From: an uncultured Acidobacteriota bacterium
Lineage (GTDB): Bacteria > Acidobacteriota > Thermoanaerobaculia > Multivoradales > UBA5704
Length of the DNA: 64,000 bases
Reading direction: 5' to 3'
Assembly: GCA_963770895.1 (NCBI GenBank)
Contig: CAVYRF010000002.1
Coordinates: 3,552,001 to 3,616,000, forward strand
A model generated the notes under the pieces. The model worked only from the letters and a program-made list of their open reading frames with translations, had not been told where the DNA came from and did not search any database. Below are positions 45,716 through 56,400 of the stretch, one piece after another. The stretch's first letter is position 1, and each line of letters begins with the position of its first letter. A program made the translations under genes and the position numbers.

Positions 45716-47486
45716 GGTTATTTCTTTGCAGCAGGGCGCAGCGGGCGGGGTTTTGGGGGTCCAAGGCGTCGATGCGATGGAAATTGGCCTGCAGGTAGGT
45801 CCAGGTCTGGGGGTGGGTGTTGGCGAAGGTCAGCTCTTCCTGGCGGTCGACGGTGGCGTCCGTCAGGATGACCCAGGCGACGTCGTGGCGGCGCAGCTCG
45901 TCGACCATGCGGCGGTCGAGCGGTCCGGCGGCCGGCCAGAGGGGGTAGATGTCGTAGACCGGCGACGTGCGCCCCAGGAACGGATACAAGCCGGGCAAGT
46001 TGGGAGCCATCAGGACGGGGGCGCCGGGAGGGATGCGGGCGGCGGCGCTCCGTGCCCAGGCCAGCAGGCCGGCGGTGGGCGGCCGCAGGTAGAGCGTTTC
46101 GCCGGCGACCTGGGCGGCGACCGAAGGTCTGCCGCTCAGAACGCGAAAGAACGGCTGGGCCGGCACCGCGGTGGCAGTGGTGATCCCGCAGAGCGCCAGG
46201 GCGACCGAGGCCGCGGCCAGCCATCTCGTCCCGCGGGCGGCCGGGCCAGGCGCCGAATCGCCGCAACCTGCGGGGTCGGGCGCAGTGGCGCTACTGCTGG
46301 CGGCGTCTGGCGCCCTGGGCGTGCGGCGCCGGTTCAGGATCGCCGCGGCGGCGCCGCCGGCGGCGCGCGGCAGGGCGACCAGACCCAGGAGCAGGGGCGG
46401 GATGCTGGGCGCCAGGTGGGCCAGGTCGGCGCGCGAAAATGCGTGGTGGGTGTAGACGCTGCCGACGACGACGGCGGCGGCGAACAGCGCGTGCCGCCGC
46501 AGGCGCGGGCCGGGCAGGCAGAGCACGGCGATGGCGCCGCCGATGAAGAAAGCCGCCATCAGCAGGAAGCAGAAGCTGATGCTGAAGGTCTGGGCGGCCG
46601 CCCACGGCGTCAGGCCGGAGTACTGGAAGCGCCAGGGCCAGGGTACCGGCAGCGGAAAGTTGGTACGCCCTTCGTGCACGAAAAAGAGGATGGAGTCCAG
46701 GTAGCTGCGCCAAAAGCCGGGCACCAGAGCCAGCATGGCAAGCAGCGGCGCCGCACCCAGGAGGATGCCCGCCGTCCAGGCTCCCAACCGCCCCGCCAGC
46801 CGGCGCAAACCGCGCCCGCCATCGCGCAGGTGGAGGAGCAGGATGAGCGCGAAAAAGGCGACCCCCAGGTAGAGGCCGTGGTTTTTCCCCATGAAGACGC
46901 CGAAACCGACCAGGGCGCCGGCGATGCAGTGCCGCCGGGCGGTCGGGCGCTCGATCAGGGCGACGGCGGCCAGCACCGCCGCCATGGTGATCGCCGGCTC
47001 GAACAGCTTGTTGCGCGGCAGCAGCCAGAGCGTCAGCACGATGCCGACCGCGGCCAGGCCCAGGCGGCTGGCGACGGCGCGGCGCGCCGCGAGCAGGCCG
47101 CAGAACAGGCCGAGCGCGGCAAAGACAGCCGTGCTGATGCGCAGCCCCAGCAACCCCTCCCCGACCAGCGGCGTCCACGCCGCCGCCCAGCCGTAGCGGC
47201 CGGGGTCGTAGGAATAGAAATCCCGCAGCGGCACGGCGCCGTGCGCGACGGCCACCGCGCCATACCAAAGGAATCCCTCTTCGTTGAACGTGAAGTCAAT
47301 CCGCAGCTGCGCCAGCAGCAGGCCCGCCACCAGCATCACGGCCAGCAGCGCCGGCAGCAGGACGCCGAAGTGGGCCTCAGCCGGCGGCGGAGGCGCCAGC
47401 GCTTCGCCTATGGGCGTCGCCGGCGGCAAGCCGCGTGTGGAGGCAGATGGGCCAGCGGGGGTCAGGGAATCGGAAGCCGGCACCAT
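45621..47486 (-). CDS. Multi-pass membrane protein, GT-C-like
   Basis: FNEEGFLWYG...PLRDFYSYDPGRY after TM1; many TM helices and a soluble C-terminal domain. Confidence 0.7.
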   Translation of the reverse strand: MVPASDSLTPAGPSASTRGLPPATPIGEALAPPPPAEAHFGVLLPALLAVMLVAGLLLAQLRIDFTFNEEGFLWYGAVAVAHGAVPLRDFYSYDPGRYGWAAAWTPLVGEGLLGLRISTAVFAALGLFCGLLAARRAVASRLGLAAVGIVLTLWLLPRNKLFEPAITMAAVLAAVALIERPTARRHCIAGALVGFGVFMGKNHGLYLGVAFFALILLLHLRDGGRGLRRLAGRLGAWTAGILLGAAPLLAMLALVPGFWRSYLDSILFFVHEGRTNFPLPVPWPWRFQYSGLTPWAAAQTFSISFCFLLMAAFFIGGAIAVLCLPGPRLRRHALFAAAVVVGSVYTHHAFSRADLAHLAPSIPPLLLGLVALPRAAGGAAAAILNRRRTPRAPDAASSSATAPDPAGCGDSAPGPAARGTRWLAAASVALALCGITTATAVPAQPFFRVLSGRPSVAAQVAGETLYLRPPTAGLLAWARSAAARIPPGAPVLMAPNLPGLYPFLGRTSPVYDIYPLWPAAGPLDRRMVDELRRHDVAWVILTDATVDRQEELTFANTHPQTWTYLQANFHRIDALDPQNPARCALLQRNNLPGMSGQATAPTAPPGVSRQAAAATDLQGPP

Positions 47487-47725
47487 ATGAAAGCCGAGAA
47501 GGGGCGGAGACAAGTGAGTCTAGCATCGCGGCTACCGCGCCGGCGGGGACACGATAGCTGTGTTGCGCCGTGCAATTCGCAACAGCGCAATCCTGCATTC
47601 GCCATTCAGCGGTTGTTGCCGCGTAGTCCCGAAGCCATCATGTACGCGCAGGCGGAACGCGCCGACTTGGCTCCCATACCGCGGCGGGCCTGCTGGCCTT
47701 GACGAGCACATGCCAAATCAGTGTG

Positions 47726-47755
47726 TTGACGCAGGTGAATGGATACCGGTAGGCT
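47726..47755 (+). promoter_or_regulatory. Possible sigma70 promoter of the Ig-protein operon
   Basis: TTGACG-18 nt-TAGGCT upstream of the GGAGG RBS and ATG at 47889. Confidence 0.4.
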
Positions 47756-47888
47756 GTATTCCGCTTCAGAGCTGCAGACGCCGGAATTAGCAAACGCGCG
47801 GGCGTGGCGCTCGACCGCTGTCGGGAATGTACTCAGCGGCCGGCGCCCTCATCGTCCGAGGTTCCTTGCTGACCTGCCGGAGGTGATA

Positions 47889-50800
47889 ATGCGGCACGTG
47901 GTTCGAGCGCCTGTGCGGTTCCGTCTCGATGCATCGGGCGCAGTCCGAGCCGGCATACGGTTCGTTGTCGCAGCATGCTCCCTGGCAGCTCTGGCCACCA
48001 CCACGCTGGCCGCACAGACGGTGACGCTTCAGGCGAGCGCCGACACCACTCTCAAGCAGGGCAGTCCCAACAAGAGCTTTGGCGGTGAGGCGAGCCTGAC
48101 CATCAAGGAAGGCGGCAGCCGCGTTCTCCTCCAGTTCGACGGCGGCGCCATCGCTGCGGCGGTGGCCGGCGGTAGCCTGGCCTCGGCAGAACTTCAAGTC
48201 TACATGGGCGCCAATGCGGGGAATTGGGGCGCCACAGGCCGCACCGTGGACATCTATCAGCTCACAACCGCGTGGACGGAGGGCGGAGCGACCTGGAACT
48301 GCGCCGCCGATCCGAACCCTGGGCATACCGGTGCCGGCTGCACGAGTCCCTGGTCCGGCGGCACTCCCGCACAGGGCGGCAATGGCGCGAGCGGAGACGG
48401 CGAGGCGACCGACACGGCGCTCATCACGAACGGCACCAGCGGCTGGGTGACGTTCGACGTGACCTCGGATGTCGCGGCGTTTCTCACCGGCACGCCGAAC
48501 AACGGATGGCTCCTCCAGAAGACGGACGAGGGCCAGGCGGGCAGGATCGATCTGGTCTCGCGGGAGGGAACGGCGGGCCTCGGCCCGAGGCTGATCCTGG
48601 TCAGCCAAAGCGCCACCTTCGACACGGTGCCGCCGTCACTCGCCATCGTGTCGCCGTCACAGCCGGTCTTGGTGAACGTGCCCGCACCGGCGGTTGGCCT
48701 CACCTATCAAGACCCCGGCTCGGGCGTCGACACCTCGACACTTCGAGTCGCAATCGACGGTCAGGATTTCAGCTCGGGATGCAGCATCGGAGCGCAGGCG
48801 GCGAGTTGTCAGGCGCCTGTGCTGGCCGCCGGCGCTCACACCATCACGGCGAGCGTGAGCGATCGCGCAGGCAACGTCGCTACGGCCACGACGAACTTCC
48901 AGCTGCTCCTCGGTCCCGGCATCTCTACTCTCACTGTCCCGGTGAGCGCCGACACCTTCGTCACCGCCATGAGCCCCGACCATGAGCACGGGCGCGCCGC
49001 CGTGCTGCGGGTCGAAAAGAGCGGCCCGAGCCGGGCACTGGTCGCGTTCGACCCCGGAAGCCTCGCGGCCGCTGTGGCCGGCAACCAGGTGCTGGCGGCT
49101 CAGCTTCAGCTCGGAGTCGCCGCGAATGCCAAGAATTGGGGAGCGGCCGGGCGCACCATCGGCGCCTACCGGCTGACCACGGCATGGTCCGAGGCGGCGG
49201 CGACCTGGGACTGCCCTGCCGATACCAACTTGGACAATGCCACACCCGACTGCGCGGCACCGTGGAACGGCGGCTCGTTCGTGGCCACGCCGACTGCAAC
49301 GGCGCTGATCACGCGGCAGACCATAGGGAGCGTGAGCTTCGATGTGACCGCCGACGTGACCGCCTTCCTCGCCGGCACCGCGAACGACGGTTGGCTGATC
49401 GCGAAGACCGACGAAGCGCTGGCCGGGCGGATCGATTTCGCCTCGCGCGAGGCGAGCTCAGGCCAGGCGGCGCAGCTCATCGTTCAGGTCCAGGTCCCGG
49501 CGCCGCTGCCAACGGTAGCGATCACCTCGCCGCCCGACGGCTCCTACGCGCGTACTGCGATCGTCCAGGTCACCGGGCAGGCGGGTGGGTCCGCGACCAG
49601 CGTGTCGGTGAACGGTCAGGCGGCGACGCTCGGTCAGGGCGGCGCCTTTACCACGCAAGTCACCTTGATCCCAGGTGCCAACTCGATCGTCGCCGTCGCC
49701 TCCGACGCCGCCGGCAACCAGGCGGCGGCCACGGTCAGCGTCATTCTCGACACCACGCCCCCGACCGTGACGCTGACCTCGCCGCTGCCCGGAGCAATCA
49801 CGAACCAGCCGCAGGTCGTGGTCTCCGGCACTGCGCTCGACGACAACGGCGTCGCCTCCCTCATGGTTGCCGGCCAGGCGGTTGCGCTCTCGGGCAGTCA
49901 GTTCTCGACCACGGTCCACCTGGCTGCGGGATCGAACCCGATCATGGTCACCGCCACCGACTTGGCGGGCAACACAGAGACCGTTTCGGTCACCGTGACG
50001 CAGTTCAGCGTGCCGGTGGTCTCGATCTCGGCGCCGGCCGACCTGAGCTATGTGAACGCCACCACGGTCACTGTGAGCGGCACCGCCACCGGCGCCACGA
50101 GCCTCAGTGTGAACGGCGTGGCGGCGGTGCTCTCGGCCTCTGGCTTTACCGCCGCCGGCGTGCCCCTCATCGAAGGCGGTAATACGCTCACCGCCACGGC
50201 TACCGACGGTCAAGGCCACGTGGGGATCGCGAGCATCAACGTGGTGCGCGACCTGACGCCGCCGCACGTCGCGATCTATACCCCGGCCGCCGGTGCCACG
50301 ATCACCGGCTCGTCGGTCACCGTCTCCGGCCTGGTGAACGACATCGTGGCCGGCACCGTCAACACCAGCAACGCGACGGTGACCGTGAACGGCATTCCAG
50401 CGACGGTCGCCAACCGCTCCTTTATAGTCCCCACTGTGCCGCTGCAACCGGGCAACAATATCCTGACGGCCGTGGCGGTCGATGCCGCCGGCAACCAGGC
50501 ACAGGCAACGGTCACAGTGCGCCAGATGACCCCGGCCGGTGCGCGCATCGCGGTGGCGGCCGGCAACAGCCAGAGCGCGCCGATCGTGACATCGTTGCCG
50601 CAGCCCCTGGTGGCCGTGTTGCTCGACCCTTCCGGTCAGCCGGTCGTGGGGCAGCAGGTGCTCTTTCAGGCCATTGGCACCGACGGCACCTTCGACAACG
50701 GGCGGCGCACCTATGCCGTGACGAGCGATGTTTCGGGCCAGACCACGGTGCACTTTACGGTAGGGAGCCACGCCGGCGCGGGCAACCAGATGGTGAAGGC

Positions 50801-52532
50801 AACGGCACCCGGCTTCAGCGGGCCGGCGCAGTTCGTGGCCAGTGCGCAGCCAGGAAGCCCGACGCTCCTCGTGGTCGATTCGGGTGACCAGCAGCAGGGC
50901 GTCGCCGGCCAGGCCCTGCCGCTCCCCCTCGTGGCGGTCGTGGTCGATGCCGGCGGCAACCGTCTGGCCGGCGTCGCGGCGACGCTCAAGGTGGTGAAGG
51001 GGGCCGGCACCTTCACAAACGGTCAGCCAACGGTCTCCTTGACCTCCGACACCGACGGGCGGCTCATCGCCTCGTTCATCACCGATCCCGCGGAGGGAGT
51101 GGCCAACAACGTGGTGGAAGCGACGATCGACGTCCTGCCCACGGGGCCGGTGGTGAGCTTCACGGCCTCAGCGCTCGCAGCCTACGACCCGGCGCTCACC
51201 GCGATCAGCGGCGTCGTGCTCGACAACAGCAACCAGCCGGTGCCGGGAGCCACCCTCCGCATCCTCGGCACGGCGCTCACTACCGAGAGCGACCCGCAGG
51301 GCCTCTTCCAGCTCGCAGCAGTACCCGCCGGCACGCTCCAGCTTGTCGTGGACGGCAGCACCGTCCAGCGTCCCGGCTCCTGGCCACAGCTGGAGTTCAA
51401 CCTGACGCCGGTGCCCGGCCGTAACAACACCCTGCGCATGCCCGTCTACCTGCTACCGCTGAACCTCGAAAATGGCATCGTCGTGGATGAGACGCACGGC
51501 GGCACGCTGACGCTGCCCCAGCTGCCGGGCTTCGCCCTCACCATCAAGCCGGGATCGGTCACCTTCCCCGGCGGTGGAAGGAGCGGGACTGTGAGCGTGA
51601 CCGTGGTGCACAGCGACAAGGTGCCGATGGTGCCGAACTTCGGCCAGCAGCCCCGCCTGATCGTCACCATCCAACCGGCAGGAGCGCAATTCAATCCGCC
51701 CGCGAACCTCAGCATGCCGAACGTCGAGGGTTTCCCCGCCGGCAAGGTCGCGGAGCTCTACTCCTTCGACCATGACCTCGGCCACTTCGTGAGCATCGGC
51801 CCCGGCACCGTGAGCGACGACGGCACCGTCATCACCTCGAACGCGGGGGTGGGCATCGTCAAAGCTGGCTGGCACTGCTGTGGCTTCCCCCAGGGAAGCG
51901 GGGCTCCGAATGCCTGTCCTGAGTGCGCGCCGTGCACCGGCGCCCAGTGCACGCCGCAGCTTTGCAAGGCTTGTGCTGCGCCTGGGCTGTACTGCGACTC
52001 CGCCGCAACCTGCGTACCCGGTCTCCAGCTAATCCCCAGCCTTTGCGATGGTCTCAAGGTTGAGGAAAAAGGCCTTGTGCAGGGACCATGCAGCCTGGTT
52101 CCGGAACTAAAAGGGCTTCCAGATATTTGTGGCGCTGCCGCGGCCATCGACTATCCGAACGTCGTTATTACCAAGCCTTCAGCCTGCGCGAGTGTAGATC
52201 TATCCGGCGGCGAGTGGCGCGAGGTCATGACTTCGGATAACGGATGCCATCAATCTGGCGGGGTGAGAGATGGAAGCTGCATCATTTCCAGCCCAGGGAA
52301 CCGCTTAGGTCCCGCAGGGAAAGTTTGTCGGGACTACCTGTATTCCTGTGACTATCTCTCCGAATTGACCACCTGTAGAGAGACAAGACTACAGCGAATT
52401 TATGTCGGCTCGTGCCACGTTGCCACAAAGAGACTGGTCTTTGATATTACTGTCGCTGCCGATGGCGCTAGTTGTGGCGGATTGGTGACGAGGACGGACG
52501 TTCCGCCCGGAGATCCAGATTATGGCAACTGA
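47889..52532 (+). CDS. Giant secreted protein: 2x DNRLRE-like, multiple Ig-like, carboxypeptidase-regulatory-like and ZU5-like domains, Cys-rich low-GC C-terminal tip
   Basis: Signal ending TTLAA-Q; two ADT...L.FD...W.E..ATW domains; repeated P.V.I.SP...G.N.I...A.D.AGN Ig units; GWHC at 51867 followed by 21 Cys in about 218 aa. Confidence 0.88.
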   Translation: MRHVVRAPVRFRLDASGAVRAGIRFVVAACSLAALATTTLAAQTVTLQASADTTLKQGSPNKSFGGEASLTIKEGGSRVLLQFDGGAIAAAVAGGSLASAELQVYMGANAGNWGATGRTVDIYQLTTAWTEGGATWNCAADPNPGHTGAGCTSPWSGGTPAQGGNGASGDGEATDTALITNGTSGWVTFDVTSDVAAFLTGTPNNGWLLQKTDEGQAGRIDLVSREGTAGLGPRLILVSQSATFDTVPPSLAIVSPSQPVLVNVPAPAVGLTYQDPGSGVDTSTLRVAIDGQDFSSGCSIGAQAASCQAPVLAAGAHTITASVSDRAGNVATATTNFQLLLGPGISTLTVPVSADTFVTAMSPDHEHGRAAVLRVEKSGPSRALVAFDPGSLAAAVAGNQVLAAQLQLGVAANAKNWGAAGRTIGAYRLTTAWSEAAATWDCPADTNLDNATPDCAAPWNGGSFVATPTATALITRQTIGSVSFDVTADVTAFLAGTANDGWLIAKTDEALAGRIDFASREASSGQAAQLIVQVQVPAPLPTVAITSPPDGSYARTAIVQVTGQAGGSATSVSVNGQAATLGQGGAFTTQVTLIPGANSIVAVASDAAGNQAAATVSVILDTTPPTVTLTSPLPGAITNQPQVVVSGTALDDNGVASLMVAGQAVALSGSQFSTTVHLAAGSNPIMVTATDLAGNTETVSVTVTQFSVPVVSISAPADLSYVNATTVTVSGTATGATSLSVNGVAAVLSASGFTAAGVPLIEGGNTLTATATDGQGHVGIASINVVRDLTPPHVAIYTPAAGATITGSSVTVSGLVNDIVAGTVNTSNATVTVNGIPATVANRSFIVPTVPLQPGNNILTAVAVDAAGNQAQATVTVRQMTPAGARIAVAAGNSQSAPIVTSLPQPLVAVLLDPSGQPVVGQQVLFQAIGTDGTFDNGRRTYAVTSDVSGQTTVHFTVGSHAGAGNQMVKATAPGFSGPAQFVASAQPGSPTLLVVDSGDQQQGVAGQALPLPLVAVVVDAGGNRLAGVAATLKVVKGAGTFTNGQPTVSLTSDTDGRLIASFITDPAEGVANNVVEATIDVLPTGPVVSFTASALAAYDPALTAISGVVLDNSNQPVPGATLRILGTALTTESDPQGLFQLAAVPAGTLQLVVDGSTVQRPGSWPQLEFNLTPVPGRNNTLRMPVYLLPLNLENGIVVDETHGGTLTLPQLPGFALTIKPGSVTFPGGGRSGTVSVTVVHSDKVPMVPNFGQQPRLIVTIQPAGAQFNPPANLSMPNVEGFPAGKVAELYSFDHDLGHFVSIGPGTVSDDGTVITSNAGVGIVKAGWHCCGFPQGSGAPNACPECAPCTGAQCTPQLCKACAAPGLYCDSAATCVPGLQLIPSLCDGLKVEEKGLVQGPCSLVPELKGLPDICGAAAAIDYPNVVITKPSACASVDLSGGEWREVMTSDNGCHQSGGVRDGSCIISSPGNRLGPAGKVCRDYLYSCDYLSELTTCRETRLQRIYVGSCHVATKRLVFDITVAADGASCGGLVTRTDVPPGDPDYGN

Positions 52533-53457
52533 AGGTCGTGTGATCGCGCGCTCAGTCCGGCGTGTCCTTTCCTTGCCACTCTGGCTGGCCTTCCACCTCG
52601 CCTGGATCACTGCCGCGAGCGCCCAGCCATCCGGCTGCTCATGGAGCGGTCCTTCCGTCGAGTCGTTTCTGGCTCAACATCCGCCGATAACTGCAAAGGA
52701 GGGGACGCTGGTTGCGGTCGTGGCGGCTTTTCAACGCGCGGGACTCCCCGTGTGCCTTGTCGCGAAGCGAGGAAACCAGCAGGTGAGGCTCGCGTCTGAG
52801 CCTACCCTGGAAGAGGTGCTGAAGGGGCTCGTGAGTCAGGCGCCAGGTTACCAGTTCCGTAGCGTAGACGGCAGGCTCGTGATCTATCCACAGGGGCAGG
52901 CCTTTGATACGCCCGTGGACCTGGGCCCTCTTCAGCGCATGACTCGCGCAGCTGCATACATGACCGTGCTCCACCGGCTGTCGCTTAAGGTGAAGGACCT
53001 TGCGGAGCTACGCAGTGGGATCAGCAACGAGGGCGCGGGGTGGGGTAAGCTCTCCTATTCCGACACGATCGAGGTCGGCGGGTCACGCACCGTCATTGAA
53101 CATTTGATGTCTTTGGTCCAGAAGCGCCCTGCTCTTGCGTTCGACGTAACCATAGATGGCATGCGGCTTCGGTATGAGTTTGTCGATACCCCGCTTTTGA
53201 CAAGGCTGGAGCTGCATTTGCCGCCTACCGTCAAGGTGGGGGAGACCTTCCCTGTAGAGGTGATGGCGAAGCTGGTCGATGGAGCGACAGCGCCCCTTTC
53301 AGGACCGGAATGTTGGGTGGGCTATGCGACAAGTAATCCCGAGGGCCTGGAGATCGATGATGCTGGAATCGTTACGGCACGCCGCAAGGGTACTTTCAAA
53401 ATCTACGTCAACTACCAGCACGTTCCCGCCGTCTACGCCGACGTCACCGTCGAATAG
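52522..53457 (+). CDS. Secreted hypothetical protein (STN-like N-terminal part, Big_2-like C-terminal Ig); candidate immunity/partner protein
   Basis: Overlaps the upstream stop by 11 nt; signal ending TAASA-Q; TLEEVLKGL...GYQFRSVDGRLVIYP; YATSNPEGLEIDDAGIVTA; low GC. Confidence 0.75.
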   Translation: MATEGRVIARSVRRVLSLPLWLAFHLAWITAASAQPSGCSWSGPSVESFLAQHPPITAKEGTLVAVVAAFQRAGLPVCLVAKRGNQQVRLASEPTLEEVLKGLVSQAPGYQFRSVDGRLVIYPQGQAFDTPVDLGPLQRMTRAAAYMTVLHRLSLKVKDLAELRSGISNEGAGWGKLSYSDTIEVGGSRTVIEHLMSLVQKRPALAFDVTIDGMRLRYEFVDTPLLTRLELHLPPTVKVGETFPVEVMAKLVDGATAPLSGPECWVGYATSNPEGLEIDDAGIVTARRKGTFKIYVNYQHVPAVYADVTVE

Positions 53458-53477
53458 AGGCGTACCGTGAGCCTGCG

Positions 53478-56400
53478 ATGAACCTGGCTGCCGATCGTGC
53501 TCCGATGGCCTTGCTCGCGCCAAGGCATCGGCGCATATTCTTCCTGCCCTTGCTGCTTCATTTGCTCACGGCCGCGACATCCTTCGCCCAACTCGACCAG
53601 ACCTGCACGGTGAGCGCCTTGAACCGGACGGCACAGGTGGATGGCAACGGGGTCTGGGTGCTTACAAACGTGCCGGCAGGAACTGGCCAGGTGCGAGTGC
53701 GCGCAGCGTGCATGGCAAACGGCACGACCCGGTATGGGCAGTCGGACCTCTTCACGGTGCCGGTCAACGGCGCCATTCTGGTGAGCGATATTTCCTTTGC
53801 GAGCCAGGTACCGATTCCGTCGAGCCTGACGCTCACGGGACCGGGCTCGCCGCTGTCAGGTGCCGGCCAGCAGGCGCAGCTTTCGGCCATTGCGACCTAC
53901 CCTGACGGCACGACGGGGGACCTCACGCCCAGCAGCACGGGCACCGGATATCTATCGAGCAACCCGTCGGTGGCAAGTGTGGACGGGAACGGAGTGGTGA
54001 CGGCCAACGCCAGCGGCACGGTGGTGATCAGCGCATTGAACGAGGGCGTGCTTGGCGTGGTGCAGGTACAGGTGGTGCTTTCCGGCAGCACGGTGGGCGA
54101 CGGCATCCCGGACGATTGGAAGGTGGCGCACGGACTTGATCCCAACGATCCGTACTGCGCGCTGGAAGATCCCGACAATGACGGGCTCACCAACCTGGAG
54201 GAGTACCAGTACGGCACCGATCCGAACAACCCCGATACGGATGGCGACGGGCTGTCGGACGGCGACGAGGTGCACCTCTACCACACGAACCCGCTCCTAT
54301 GGGACACGGACGGGGACGGGATCTCGGATGGAGTCGAGGTGCGGACGGGGAGCGATCCGCTCGACATCCACAGCTTCAACCTGGCGGCGGCGCTCTCTTC
54401 GGTCACGGTGTCTCCGGCCGCGTTCACTTTGGTCTTCAATACGGTGAGCGGCCAGGCGTCGCGACAGATCGTCGCCACAGGCAACGTCATCGACGGCCGC
54501 ACCATCGATCTCTTCGATCCGCGCTACCAGACCCAGGTCGCATCGAGCAACCTCGCGGTCGCGAGCTTCGGAGTGCGACCGGGCCAGGTGTTCGCCGGGC
54601 AGAGCGGCACGGCGACGGTCACGGTGAGCAACAGCGGCTGGACGGCCGCATCCACCGTGACGGTGACGACGTTCTCGCCCACGGCCCTGGCGTTCCTGCC
54701 GCTTCCTGGATTTCAGAATGCGGTGGAGGCGGCAGGCGACTTCGTGTTTGTGGCCTCCGGCGGCTTCGGGCTGTCAGTCGTGGATATGACCAACTTGCAA
54801 GCGCCGGTGCTCGTCGCTCAGACGCCCACCCCGGGCAGTGCGAACGATGTGCGGGTTTCTGGCACGGTGGCGTATGTGGCCGAGGATGTCGGTCTGCAAC
54901 TGCTCGACGTGAGCGATCCGGCCCACCCGGCGCGGCTCGGCAGCCTGAGCCTCCCCGAGGGCGACCAGGTGCGTCTGGCGGTAGCCGGCAACCTGGTCTA
55001 TCTCGCCGACATGAACTTCGGCCTCCACGTGGTGGATGTGACGAACCCCATGCAGCCGGTCGAGGTCGGCTCGCTCGCGCTCGGGGGCACGCCGCGGGCG
55101 GTCGGTCTCGGCGGAATCGGGCTCGGCGGGTTCGCTCTCGCCGGATCGTATGCCGTGGTTGCCTGCGGCGATGGGGGTGTGGCGGTGGTGGACGTGAGCG
55201 ATCCGGCGGCGCCGTCCCTTGTGGGCGCCACGCCGGAGGATGCGCCGCGCGCCGGCAGCGTTACGGTGCGCGGCCACTACGCCTACGTGGCCGCCGGCGA
55301 GGAGGCGGTCTACGGCGGCTTGCACGTCGTGGAGCTTGCCGACCCGACGAATCCTGTGGAAGTGGGGGCGAGCGAGGACGACCTCGGGGTGACCCGGGCG
55401 GTGCTCCAAGACGGGTTTGCCCTGGGCGCGCAGTTCTTCCTGGCCGCGCAGGTGGCAATCTTCGATGTCAGCACCGTGCCTCCTGCCTATACGGCGGTGC
55501 TCGACCTCTCGACCTTGCCCGGCGGCGAGGGGGTCGTCGCGCCGCGTGCCAATGACATCGCGGTGCGCAACGGCGCGGTCTTCTTGGCCGCCAACGGGTA
55601 TGAGCTCGGCGAGTTCGCGAGCTACGCGACCTCTCAGGGGGGCCTCTACACGGGCCTCTTCGAGCTGCCGAACGACGGTGACACGACTCCGCCGACCGTG
55701 GCCCTCTCCGCACCGACGGCCGGGTCCGCGGTGATGGAGCGGCTGCCGGTCACCGTGACCGTCGCGGCGCAGGATGAGGTCTCAGTCACCTCGGTCGGCA
55801 TCCTGGTCGACGGCGCCCTCGTCGAAACGCTCTACAAGCCGCCGTATCAGACCACCATCCACGTGCCGTCCGGGCAGCCGACGATGACGCTCGGGGCGGT
55901 GGCGACGAACATCAGCGGCGTCCAGGCGACGACGACGGAGACGCTTACCGTCCAGCCGTACCCCTTGCCCGTCGCGACGCTTCTCGCGCCCGTGCCCGGC
56001 CAGATTCTGATCGACGGCACGCCGCTCACGATCGCGGTTGCGGCGAGCGACGCCGTGGCGGTGACGCGGGTCGAGGTCTATGTGAACGGCGCGCTCGTCG
56101 GCACGGCTTTCACGCCGCCGTACCTCTTTCAGGTCACGCTGCCGCGCGGCTCGGCGACGCTCGCGGTGACGGCGCTCGCATACAACGCGCTGGGGCCGGG
56201 CGCGATGTCGGCGCCGGTCGCTGTGCCGGTCCAGCCAGACGTGCCGCCCACGGTTGCGATCTTCTCGCCGGCCGACGGCGCGCAGGTGACCGAGGGAAGT
56301 GTGGTCTCGATCTTTGCAGGCGCGAGCGACCTGACCGGAATCGCAAGCGTGCTCTTCGATCTGAACGGCGTCGAGTTCCAGGGCACCGCCACCGCACCCT

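Noticed and set aside
41398-47702. Long plus-strand ORFs (939, 420 and 817 aa) over the liv and membrane genes
   Set aside because: Antisense shadows of well-supported minus-strand genes.
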